From Candidatus Hydrogenedentota bacterium (GTDB lineage Bacteria > Hydrogenedentota > Hydrogenedentia > Hydrogenedentales > SLHB01), in NCBI GenBank assembly GCA_963674865.2, contig CAXXYE010000001.1, forward strand, positions 224,001-288,000: 64,000 bases of DNA, in the 5' to 3' direction. The position numbers were made by a program, and so were the translations under genes. This document shows positions 27,866-36,475 of the stretch, one piece after another; position 1 is the stretch's first letter; every line of letters starts with the position of its first letter. The notes beneath the pieces were generated by a model. That model was given only the letters and a program-made list of their open reading frames with translations, ran no database searches and had not been told where the DNA came from.

Positions 27866-28699
27866 ATGGGTGTGTCAGAGGTTTTCAACCAGATAGAGGC
27901 TGCGGCGGAAGTCATTCAGAGCCGGTGTGATATGAAGCCCGTCTTGGGCGTTGTCTTGGGGACGGGACTAGGCGCGTTGGTCGAGCGGATTGAGGTGCGC
28001 GCCAGGTTCAGCTATCAGGAGCTGCCCCATTTCCCGGTTTGCACGCTCGATACGCATGCGGGCGAGCTGGTATTGGGAGTCCTTGGGCAGCAGCCCGTCG
28101 TTGCCATGTCGGGCCGGTTCCACTATTACGAAGGCTACTCACTGCAACAAGTCACTCTCCCGATTCGTGTTGCTAAGGCATTGGGCGTAAAGGGGTTAGT
28201 TGTGTCCAATGCGGCTGGTGGCCTGAATCCCCAGTTCAGGGCTGGCGACCTTATGGTTATCACCGACCACATCAACTTCATGGGGGATAATCCGCTCATC
28301 GGGCCTAACGATGAACGCCTTGGCCCTCGATTTCCGGACATGTGCGAGCCCTATACCAAGGAGTGGGTGGACTTGGCCGAGTCCGTGGCCTTGGCCAAGG
28401 GAATGAAATTGCATCGCGGGGTGTACTTGGCTTGTACGGGGCCATGTCTTGAGACTGCGGCCGAGTACCGCATGATGCGCGTTTTGGGGGCCGACGCAGT
28501 GGGCATGAGCACGGTGCCAGAGGTGATTGTTGCCGTTCACGCCGGGCTGAAGGTCCTGGGTTTCTCGGCCATCACCGACGAATGCCGGCCCGACGCGCTC
28601 GAACCCGTAGATATCGAGAAGATAATTGCGACCGCCAACGCGGTCGAACCACGATTGACTGATATTGTCGCAACGTGCATCGAGCGGATGAGCTTCTGA
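27866..28699 (+). CDS. punA: Purine nucleoside phosphorylase (trimeric type)
   Basis: VLGTGLG, GRFHYYEGY, NAAGGLN, DHIN, GPRFPDM, GADAVGMSTVPE. Confidence 0.95.
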   Translation: MGVSEVFNQIEAAAEVIQSRCDMKPVLGVVLGTGLGALVERIEVRARFSYQELPHFPVCTLDTHAGELVLGVLGQQPVVAMSGRFHYYEGYSLQQVTLPIRVAKALGVKGLVVSNAAGGLNPQFRAGDLMVITDHINFMGDNPLIGPNDERLGPRFPDMCEPYTKEWVDLAESVALAKGMKLHRGVYLACTGPCLETAAEYRMMRVLGADAVGMSTVPEVIVAVHAGLKVLGFSAITDECRPDALEPVDIEKIIATANAVEPRLTDIVATCIERMSF

Positions 28700-28790
28700 A
28701 GAAGAGCCGCTTGATAAGCGTCTATATACCAAGGGATTTGTATGTTGTTTTATAATGAGGTCATACTATCATATGTGCTAGGAGGTCATA

Positions 28791-29897
28791 ATGGGTATAA
28801 AGATCATACGGATTGTTTTTGTCCTGGCCTGCGTTACGCTGGGTGTCGCGTGGGCCGGACAGGTTGTCGGGCAGATCAATGAATTGCGCGCCGAAGATGC
28901 CGCGGAAAGCCTTCCTGAAGGGGCCGATGAGGAACAACTTGCTCAGTTGCAGAACCACCTTATCCACCCCCTGCCGTGGGAGATTCTAGGCGGCCTAACC
29001 GGCCTGGCATGCGCTGGGCTTGTATTAGCCGGGTTGCGGTATATCACGCAAGACATCTTCGAGAAACTATCACCCGCTCTGGGGGCCACGGTTCTGGGAA
29101 TGCTCATCGGCTATGCGGTGGCGCAGTACGTCAAGCAGTTCTGGCACACTTCACCGGATTCGGCACTCCCGCTGTTTGTGACCACGACCCTTGTTTTGCT
29201 GTTCGGGTTCATGGGCATCTCCTTGGGACTTACGCGCGCCTCCCATTGGGAATCACTTGTGCAGGCGGTTCACCGTGGTCAGGCTGATCAGGCCAATCCA
29301 AAGCTTGTGGACACGAGCGTCGTTATCGATGGCCGCATCGCGGACATATGTCAAACCGGCTTCCTTGATGGTACGCTTCTCATCCCACGCTTTGTCTTGA
29401 AAGAACTCCAGAATATCGCTGACTCGCCCGATGCGTTGCGCCGGGCCAGAGGGCGCCGGGGCCTGGACATCTTGAAGCGTATGCAGGAGGACAGCACGAA
29501 GGCAAAAGTGCAGGTTATCGACGATGATCCCCCGGACGTTCCAGACGTGGACGCCAAGCTCATGGTGGTTGCCCGCGATTACGACGCCAGAATCATCACA
29601 AATGACTTCAACCTGAACAAAGTCGCACAAATCGAGGGAATCGACGTCCTCAACATCAACGATTTGGCGAATGCTCTGAAGCCCGCCGTGTTGCCCGACG
29701 AGGCCCTGGCCGTCAAGATCATCAAGGAAGGGAAGGAGCCTCTGCAAGGGGTCGGCTATCTCGACGATGGTACCATGGTGGTCGTCGACGGCGGACAGCA
29801 GCACATTGGCAAAGAGGCGTCCGTCATCGTCACGAGCGTGCTTCAAACGGCTGCCGGGCGCATGATCTTTGGCAAGTTGCTCAGCGTGTCGTCGTGA
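28791..29897 (+). CDS. Membrane PIN/TRAM domain protein (YacL family)
   Basis: TM helices; DTSVVIDGRI, TNDFNLNKVA, QGVGYLDDGTMVVV, VTSVLQTAAGRMIF; conserved position before ispD-ispF. Confidence 0.93.
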   Translation: MGIKIIRIVFVLACVTLGVAWAGQVVGQINELRAEDAAESLPEGADEEQLAQLQNHLIHPLPWEILGGLTGLACAGLVLAGLRYITQDIFEKLSPALGATVLGMLIGYAVAQYVKQFWHTSPDSALPLFVTTTLVLLFGFMGISLGLTRASHWESLVQAVHRGQADQANPKLVDTSVVIDGRIADICQTGFLDGTLLIPRFVLKELQNIADSPDALRRARGRRGLDILKRMQEDSTKAKVQVIDDDPPDVPDVDAKLMVVARDYDARIITNDFNLNKVAQIEGIDVLNINDLANALKPAVLPDEALAVKIIKEGKEPLQGVGYLDDGTMVVVDGGQQHIGKEASVIVTSVLQTAAGRMIFGKLLSVSS

Positions 29898-30583
29898 AGG
29901 CGCAGTTGCTCATTGCCGCCGGGGGGATGGGGCGTCGGCTGGGCAGCGACTCGCCGAAGGCACTTGTCGATCTCGCCGGAGCGCCATTGGTGGTTCGCAC
30001 GCTAGAACGCTTCTCCGGCGTGGGCCTTCTCATGGACGCGGTGATCGTCGTCCCTCACGGCCACAAGACACCCTTCAAGGAAATGCTCAATGAGCATCTT
30101 GTCGGCGGCAGTTTTTCCCTGGTTGAAGGGGGCGCTGAACGCCAGGCATCGGTGGCGAACGGGCTTCGTGCCCTCGAGCCTGACACGGATACGGTGGTTA
30201 TCCACGACGCTGCCCGCCCTTTTGTGTCCGAGGAGGCTATCAAGGCGGCTGTCACGGCAGCGGCTCAGCACGGCGCCGCGACGGTGGCCATCCCGTGTAT
30301 CGACACCATACTCGAGGGCGACGGCGAAGACTTCCTGGCGCGTACGCCCGATCGGGAGGGGCTGTGGGCTTGTCAAACGCCTCAGGCCTTTCAGGTGGAC
30401 GTTGTCCGGCGTGCCCACGCCGAGGCAGTGCGTCAGGGCTTTCTGGGAACAGATGATGCAACGCTCGTGCGTCGCAGTGGCGGCCGGGTCAAGCTTATCC
30501 CCGGGTCCCCGCTGAACTTCAAGGTTACTACGCCCGCCGACCTGGCCTTGGCCGGCTTCGTCTTTCGGGAGGGCCTGGCATGA
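29894..30583 (+). CDS. ispD: 2-C-methyl-D-erythritol 4-phosphate cytidylyltransferase
   Basis: [43 protein letters not shown]. Confidence 0.96.
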   Translation: MKAQLLIAAGGMGRRLGSDSPKALVDLAGAPLVVRTLERFSGVGLLMDAVIVVPHGHKTPFKEMLNEHLVGGSFSLVEGGAERQASVANGLRALEPDTDTVVIHDAARPFVSEEAIKAAVTAAAQHGAATVAIPCIDTILEGDGEDFLARTPDREGLWACQTPQAFQVDVVRRAHAEAVRQGFLGTDDATLVRRSGGRVKLIPGSPLNFKVTTPADLALAGFVFREGLA

Positions 30584-31062
30584 TTCGGATCGGTACAGGA
30601 TATGACCTTCATCGACTGACGCCCGGACGGCCATTGATTCTTGGCGGAGTGGCCATTCCCTGCGAGCGGGGATTGGCAGGTCATTCGGACGCGGACGTGC
30701 TCGCCCACGCCATTACAGACGCACTGCTCGGGGCGGCGGCCCTGGGAAACATCGGCCAACACTTCCCCGACACCGATCCGCGTTACGCGGGCGCGGACAG
30801 CCTGGAGCTTCTCGGCGAAGTTGTCGGCATGGTTCGTGAGGCCGGCTGGGCCGTGGTCAACGTGGACGCCACCATCATCTCGGAGGCCCCGAAGCTCAAT
30901 CCCCACCTGGGCGCGATATGTGTGAAGCTGGCGGATCGAATGTCGGTAGGCGCCGAGTTCGTCTCCGTGAAGGCGAAAACGAATGAAGGACTCGGCCCCG
31001 AGGGACGCGGCGAGGCTATCAGCGTACACGCCGTCGCGTTGATCGAGAGTGTGACGCCCTAG
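30580..31062 (+). CDS. ispF: MECDP synthase
   Basis: [30 protein letters not shown]. Confidence 0.97.
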   Translation: MIRIGTGYDLHRLTPGRPLILGGVAIPCERGLAGHSDADVLAHAITDALLGAAALGNIGQHFPDTDPRYAGADSLELLGEVVGMVREAGWAVVNVDATIISEAPKLNPHLGAICVKLADRMSVGAEFVSVKAKTNEGLGPEGRGEAISVHAVALIESVTP

Positions 31063-31183
31063 CGAGGGGACAGGTTTGCCCTCGCCACAAGTCCTGTGTC
31101 CGATGCGTGCGTCGATTGAGGGGGGAGACAACAGCCTCAGCCCGGCCTGAGTGCGTGGGTGCGATGGCCGCAAGGATGTGGAA

Positions 31184-32443
31184 ATGTACGAAGTGTCCGA
31201 CCTGGAAGTCTTTGTCGTGAAGCGCGTGAGAGAGACTCCCGCGGCAGCTGCGCGCCTCGAGCGGATGCTTGGGGCGATGACGCCGCGCCACGTCACCGAG
31301 GTCGACGACGCGGGACTGGACGAGCTTGTTCGGGCGCGGGGCTGGAGCGAGCCTTCGCGGCGAACGGGGGAATACCGGATGACGGGCCCGCCGACATTGA
31401 TATTCAACGCATTTCGCTGGCTGAAGCCGGAGGCGTTTGGGCAGTTGGGCGACGAGCATCCTGCATTGCGGGGGCATATGTTTCTGGGAGATGGCCCGTG
31501 GACCTTCCGGGATCACCGCCATTTCCGGCGGGACTATGACTGCGTGTGCCAGTCCGCCTGGGAAATCCACAGCGCCTACGGATGCCTTCACAACTGCGAT
31601 TACTGCCATGTGGCGCCGTTCTTCAACATCATGGTGAACCTTGAAGAGTTCGCCGAACGCGTTAGGGCCTTCGGTGAATCCGTCCCCGAGCAGAGCTTGT
31701 ACAAGTTCGATAATCAGACGGACACGGTGACACTCGAGCCGGAATACGGCGCTTCCGAGGTTATGGTGAATGCCTTCGCGGACTGGCCCGGACGCTATCT
31801 GATGCTCTACACGAAGTCCGATAACGTGGAGCACTTGCTCGATCTGAACCACAACGGCCACACGCTCGTCAGTTGGTCGCTGAACGCCCCGACACCGGCC
31901 TCTTTGATCGAGAAGAACACCCCGTCCCTTGACGCCCGCCTGCGCGCCATGGAACGCTGCCAAGGGGCCGGTTACCGTGTCCGCGCGCGCATCTCGCCGA
32001 TCTGTCCTGTGAAAGGCTGGCGTGACGAATACGCTGAGATGGCTGCACGTTTGCTGGAGCGAGTTCGTCCAGACGTGATCACGGTGGACGTGGTGGGCTG
32101 GATGAGCGCCCGTCAGATGCGTAATGCCCTCGAGCTGGCCCTGTTCGACGATGCCTATGCGGAAGTTGTTGTCCGGCTCGATGAGGATGGCGTCCAGACA
32201 AGAGGCAAGCACCTCTTTCCCCATGAGATGCGGGCGGACTTGCTGCGCCACGTCATTGGGGCCATTCGGCGTCTGCGCCCGGAGCAGGCGGTGTCGATAT
32301 GCAATGAAACGCCGGCCATGTGGCGCGAATTGGGCCCGCTGATGGGGATGAATCCTGACAACTACGCGTGTTGCTGCGGTCCTGACAGCGTGCCCGGTCA
32401 CCCGCTGTTGGCGCTGTCGTCCCCGAAGTGCGTGTCCAGGTAG
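31184..32443 (+). CDS. Radical SAM protein, spore-photoproduct-lyase-like
   Basis: GCLHNCDYC (CxxxCxxC), YTKSDNV, SWSLN, E..TPSL..RL.A; start uncertain (31151 or 31184). Confidence 0.8.
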   Translation: MYEVSDLEVFVVKRVRETPAAAARLERMLGAMTPRHVTEVDDAGLDELVRARGWSEPSRRTGEYRMTGPPTLIFNAFRWLKPEAFGQLGDEHPALRGHMFLGDGPWTFRDHRHFRRDYDCVCQSAWEIHSAYGCLHNCDYCHVAPFFNIMVNLEEFAERVRAFGESVPEQSLYKFDNQTDTVTLEPEYGASEVMVNAFADWPGRYLMLYTKSDNVEHLLDLNHNGHTLVSWSLNAPTPASLIEKNTPSLDARLRAMERCQGAGYRVRARISPICPVKGWRDEYAEMAARLLERVRPDVITVDVVGWMSARQMRNALELALFDDAYAEVVVRLDEDGVQTRGKHLFPHEMRADLLRHVIGAIRRLRPEQAVSICNETPAMWRELGPLMGMNPDNYACCCGPDSVPGHPLLALSSPKCVSR

Positions 32444-33027
32444 GTCTTGAGAAGCTCCTTGGCTTCGTCGATGCACTTCCCGCAAACCGTGCTCATCTTG
32501 GTCCTTTCCTGGAGTTCGTAGAAGGTGCGGGCGCCTTCGAGCACGGCTTCCTCGATTTCGTGATCCGTCACGTTCATGCACTTGCAGACGACGCGGGCTT
32601 CTTCTTTCACCACTTTCTCGTTCATGCCGCGCCGCGCGTAATAGTCGTTGATGGCGGCGCGGAGGGCCTTGTCGCCCAACACGGAGCAATGCACCTTATG
32701 CTCCGGGAACTCGCCCAATTCAGCGACAATGGCTTTGGGAGTGATGTTGAAGGCGTTCTCAAGGCTCATCCCCTTCACCATTTCCGAGAGTACCGACGTG
32801 CTGGCAATGGCGCTTGCGCAGCCATAAGTCTTCCACTTGCAGTCCGTGATGACCTCTTTGGCGTCGTCGACTTGGATAACGAGCATCATCTCGTCGCCGC
32901 AGGTTACGTTTCCTACGATGCCCCGCCCGTCTTCCTTGTAGTCGTCCTCATCTTTGAGGACGTTCCGGGGGTGGGTGAAGTGGTCTTTGACCTTGTCCGT
33001 GTAGGCCCAGGTGAGGTGTGCGCCCAT
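32398..33027 (-). CDS. iscU: Fe-S scaffold IscU/NifU with C-terminal BFD-like [2Fe-2S] domain
   Basis: DHF..PRN, CGD, GCASAIAS, K.HCSVL; then VCKC...CGKC. Confidence 0.92.
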   Translation of the reverse strand: MGAHLTWAYTDKVKDHFTHPRNVLKDEDDYKEDGRGIVGNVTCGDEMMLVIQVDDAKEVITDCKWKTYGCASAIASTSVLSEMVKGMSLENAFNITPKAIVAELGEFPEHKVHCSVLGDKALRAAINDYYARRGMNEKVVKEEARVVCKCMNVTDHEIEEAVLEGARTFYELQERTKMSTVCGKCIDEAKELLKTYLDTHFGDDSANSG

Positions 33028-34226
33028 CAGTGTCTCCCTGCGTAAACGGTTGACATTTCCCGTATTTTCCGGATGACCTCCGGCAGCCTTTCGAGCACGT
33101 AGGCCACATCCTCTTCATTTGTTTCCCTGCCCATGCTCAATCGGATCGCCCCGTGGGCCTGTTCGGGGGCCAGGCCGAGGGCAAGCAGCACGTGGGAAGG
33201 TTCGAGCGAACCGGATGCGCACGCCGATCCCGTCGAGACGGCAATGCCCTCGAGATCCAGGTAGAGCAGGATGCTTTCGCCCTCGGCGCCCGCAAAGGAA
33301 ACGTTGAGCGTGCTGGCGAGGCTATCTGTAAGGTGGCCGTTGAAATGAATGTCTGGAATCGAGGCCGTTATGCCGTCCTTCAGTTGCGCCTTGAAGGCCG
33401 CCAGCCGCTGCGCCTCATCCGCCATTTCGACGGCGCGCATCTCGACGGCCTTCGCAAAGCCCATAATGCCGAGGGTGTTCTCCGTACCGGCCCGGCGCCC
33501 CTTTTCCTGATGACCCCCGCGGATCAGGGGGCAATACGGCACGCCCCGTCTCACGTACAAGGCGCCGATCCCTTTGGGGCCATAGATCTTGTGGGCGGAC
33601 ATCGTGAGGAAGTCCACGCCGAGTTCCTTCACGTTGATGGGGATCTTGCCCACGGCCTGTACCGCGTCGGTGTGGAAGAGCGCGCCCTTCTCATGAACGA
33701 TGGCGGCAATCTGCGCGATGTCCTGGATGGTGCCTATCTCGTTATTGGCCGTCATCACCGATACAAGGCCGGTGGTTGGCCTGACGGACTCCCGCAGTTG
33801 CTCGAGATCTATTTTGCCGTCGCCATCCACTTCCAAATAGGCCACCTTTGTCCCGCGTTGCGCAAGGCATTTCGCTGTTTCGAGCACACATGGATGCTCG
33901 ATAACCGAGGTGACGATGCCTCGCCCGCCGCGCCGATCGAAGGAACACTCTTTCACGGGGCACGCCAGGATCGATAGCACGGTGTTGTTGGCCTCTGAAC
34001 CGCTGCCCACGAAGATGATCTCTTCGGCATCCGCGCCGATGAAAGCGGCGATCTTCTCGCGCGCCTCCTCGACGTATTGCCTGGCCAAGCGTCCAAAGCC
34101 GTGAAGGCTGGAGGGATTGCCAAACGCCTTCATGGCTTCGGACATGATCTTGCGCACCTCCGGATGGAGTGCGGTGGTGGCATTGTGGTCCATGTAAACC
34201 TGTTTATCGGACATGATATCTCTCAT
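33027..34226 (-). CDS. iscS: Cysteine desulfurase (IscS/NifS)
   Basis: YMDHNATT, GNPSSLH, HTDAVQ, SAHKIYGPKG, STGSACASG..EPSHVL. Confidence 0.95.
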   Translation of the reverse strand: MRDIMSDKQVYMDHNATTALHPEVRKIMSEAMKAFGNPSSLHGFGRLARQYVEEAREKIAAFIGADAEEIIFVGSGSEANNTVLSILACPVKECSFDRRGGRGIVTSVIEHPCVLETAKCLAQRGTKVAYLEVDGDGKIDLEQLRESVRPTTGLVSVMTANNEIGTIQDIAQIAAIVHEKGALFHTDAVQAVGKIPINVKELGVDFLTMSAHKIYGPKGIGALYVRRGVPYCPLIRGGHQEKGRRAGTENTLGIMGFAKAVEMRAVEMADEAQRLAAFKAQLKDGITASIPDIHFNGHLTDSLASTLNVSFAGAEGESILLYLDLEGIAVSTGSACASGSLEPSHVLLALGLAPEQAHGAIRLSMGRETNEEDVAYVLERLPEVIRKIREMSTVYAGRH

Positions 34227-34305
34227 GCTCCAGAGCGCCGTGAGTCGTGTTTAACTCCCTGATAGGCAACATTGGAGTTCGCGCAGGCTATTCCCCCCTG
34301 AGAGA

Positions 34306-34354
34306 TGCTTCATAATCCTCGTTGGCTGAGTCATAATCCGTGCCATGCTCGAGG
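34306..34354 (+). repeat. Direct repeat copy A of recN promoter + first codons
   Basis: TGCTTCATAATC...GGCTGA...ATAATCCGTGCCATGCTCGAGG; 42/49 identical to 36427-36475 by manual alignment. Confidence 0.85.
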
Positions 34355-34432
34355 TGCCGGTTAAGGCTTCAATTCCCGACGCGCCATTGGGAGAAAGGGG
34401 AAGGACTGGTTCTCGCAAATGGCAAGGCCTCG

Positions 34433-36034
34433 TTATATGAGACGCTTCAATAGGAAGACGGTCAGGACAAGGACACCGGCGAGAGGCATTAGGTATCGGT
34501 TCACTCTGAAGAGGTATGTCTTCTTGACATCGAGCGGACATTGGGCAAGGCCCAAGGAATCCACGATGTTGGCTTCGGGACCCCCATTGGCGTACACACC
34601 GAGAGCCTTGGTGAAGGCCACACCGAGTCTAGCGCTCAGTTCTCGGCGCCCAGGGAGTCTCTGCGCCCCCAGGTTCTCGGCGACGGCCACGTAGTCACGA
34701 GGGGTCACGGCACAAGAGACCTCGCCCTCCGCATTGACCCGCAGGGTCGAATGCTGCCGCCACGCCATTTTCTCGCCGAAGTAGTTTCTCAACCGCAGTC
34801 GCACGGTGATAGCGTCTGAGTCTGTCTTGCAGGGAGGGGCAACCAAGCCATGCTCGTGGAGCCATATTAGCCAGCGCTTGAGCCGCTTCTTCTCCACAGG
34901 TTTGGGCTCGACCTCGGAGACATCAACGTCCTTCAGCAGGGGACCGACCCAGAATCCAGGCAGCACGGCGCCTCCCGCCACGGCGGCGTGGTTGACGAAG
35001 AAGAACTGGAGGATCATGAATACGCCGATACCGATACCGAAATGATCTGGCACAAGCGCCACCACGGCAAAGAGAAGCAAGAGGCATGCGAGGTTCATTA
35101 GCTGCTTGACCTTATCCCAGGGGGAGGTCAATTGGATCTCTCGCTTGATCACCGCGTACCACAGCGCAGCCGCCACAATGACGCAAACCACCCGCACGGG
35201 TGCCTGCGCGAAGAAGCTCTTGAACCTCCGGTGCAGCAGCGGAAGTCCCAAGAAGACAATCAGAGAAAACAACATGGATTGAGCAAAGGTGCGCCTACCT
35301 TGGCGTATCATTCTGTCCGGCACATGCCCTTGCCAGCGGTCGACGTCCTTTCTTGGAAGCCAGCCAAACAGAGTGACCCATGCTGCGAGGATTCCCAAGA
35401 GACCACTTGCAGCCACCACGCCTCCTTTCAGTGGCCCGATGGCTTTGACCCCTTGCATAACTTTGGCGGAGAGTGCCGGAGCGGGCGCGGCCGCCCGCAA
35501 GAGGTCGGCCCTTTCGCCAAGCACATTCCGTGCCCTTGTCAGGCGCATTTTGACGGTGCTTTCCTTCGTACCGGTGAGTTCGGCGATCTCTCTCACTTTC
35601 ATCTGCTGCCCGTAGTGCAAGGTGAGTACCTCGCGGCTCCGCTCATCGAGCTTGCGGACAAGGGACCATAGCGTCTCTGCTGTCTCCCGTGCACAAACGG
35701 TGTCGCGCGGGTCGGCTGACGTGCCCGTTTGTCCCCTGGCCGATTCCATACGTTGTTCTTGTTGCTTCATTTGCCATGTTCCTCGCATGAAGTCCACGCA
35801 TAAGCGCCGCAAGATCGAGAAGAGCCATGGAGCAAAGGCGTCGTGGTCCCTCAGCATCGGCAGTTTGGTATAGGCGCGAAGAAACGTCTCTTGGCATAAG
35901 TCCTCGGCATCCTGAGGGTCATAGACCCGGGACAGGGCCACGACATACACCTTGGCCTGATAGCGGGAAACCAAGACGGCAAAGGCGTCCCCGTCGCCCG
36001 CGAGCGTTTTCTCAACGGCTTGTCTGTCGTCCAT
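34433..36034 (-). CDS. ECF sigma factor fused to a multi-TM C-terminal extension
   Basis: Region 2 (AEDLCQETFLRAY, FAPWLFSILRRLCVD) and region 4 (EIAELTGTKESTVKMRLTRAR), then several hydrophobic helices; GGAGGAGG RBS before MDDRQAV. Confidence 0.88.
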   Translation of the reverse strand: MDDRQAVEKTLAGDGDAFAVLVSRYQAKVYVVALSRVYDPQDAEDLCQETFLRAYTKLPMLRDHDAFAPWLFSILRRLCVDFMRGTWQMKQQEQRMESARGQTGTSADPRDTVCARETAETLWSLVRKLDERSREVLTLHYGQQMKVREIAELTGTKESTVKMRLTRARNVLGERADLLRAAAPAPALSAKVMQGVKAIGPLKGGVVAASGLLGILAAWVTLFGWLPRKDVDRWQGHVPDRMIRQGRRTFAQSMLFSLIVFLGLPLLHRRFKSFFAQAPVRVVCVIVAAALWYAVIKREIQLTSPWDKVKQLMNLACLLLLFAVVALVPDHFGIGIGVFMILQFFFVNHAAVAGGAVLPGFWVGPLLKDVDVSEVEPKPVEKKRLKRWLIWLHEHGLVAPPCKTDSDAITVRLRLRNYFGEKMAWRQHSTLRVNAEGEVSCAVTPRDYVAVAENLGAQRLPGRRELSARLGVAFTKALGVYANGGPEANIVDSLGLAQCPLDVKKTYLFRVNRYLMPLAGVLVLTVFLLKRLI

Positions 36035-36426
36035 CGTCCTCCTCCAGCGGCTGCTCTCACAATAGAAGACGGGGCAAAGCGGGAACGGGTCAATGCAGGG
36101 ACTCGGATAAATGATGCCACGCCAGCCCTCCGGACGCACGCAGGCGGCCTGCTGGAGGGGACACTTGACAGTCCCCAACTCCCGCATCGGACCGGCTGCT
36201 ACGCGGCGGCTCATGCGGATACCGTTGTGCCATGAATAAGAACAAAATCAAAGTGCGTAGGATGACATAGTTCGCTTCTCACCGTCGGAAGCTCAAAGGC
36301 GGCAGACTGTACCGGAGGCAGTTTCTCAGGCACTGGCCACTGATGAAGTCGATTGAGTCTCGCAAAGGGCTGGTAATCAAGGGACCAGAATGATTTAAGA
36401 GGGCGTGGCATTTGGGATCGTGGGCC

Positions 36427-36475
36427 TGCTTCATAATCTCGGCCGGCTGATTTATAATCCGTGCCATGCTCGAGG
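36427..36475 (+). promoter_or_regulatory. recN promoter (probably leaderless); direct repeat copy B
   Basis: TTCATA-17 bp-TATAAT, then 7 nt to the recN ATG; no SD. Confidence 0.75.

Noticed and set aside
36214..36420. AT-richer stretch upstream of recN as integrase or gene remnant
   Set aside because: Only short interrupted frames; no recombinase motifs visible
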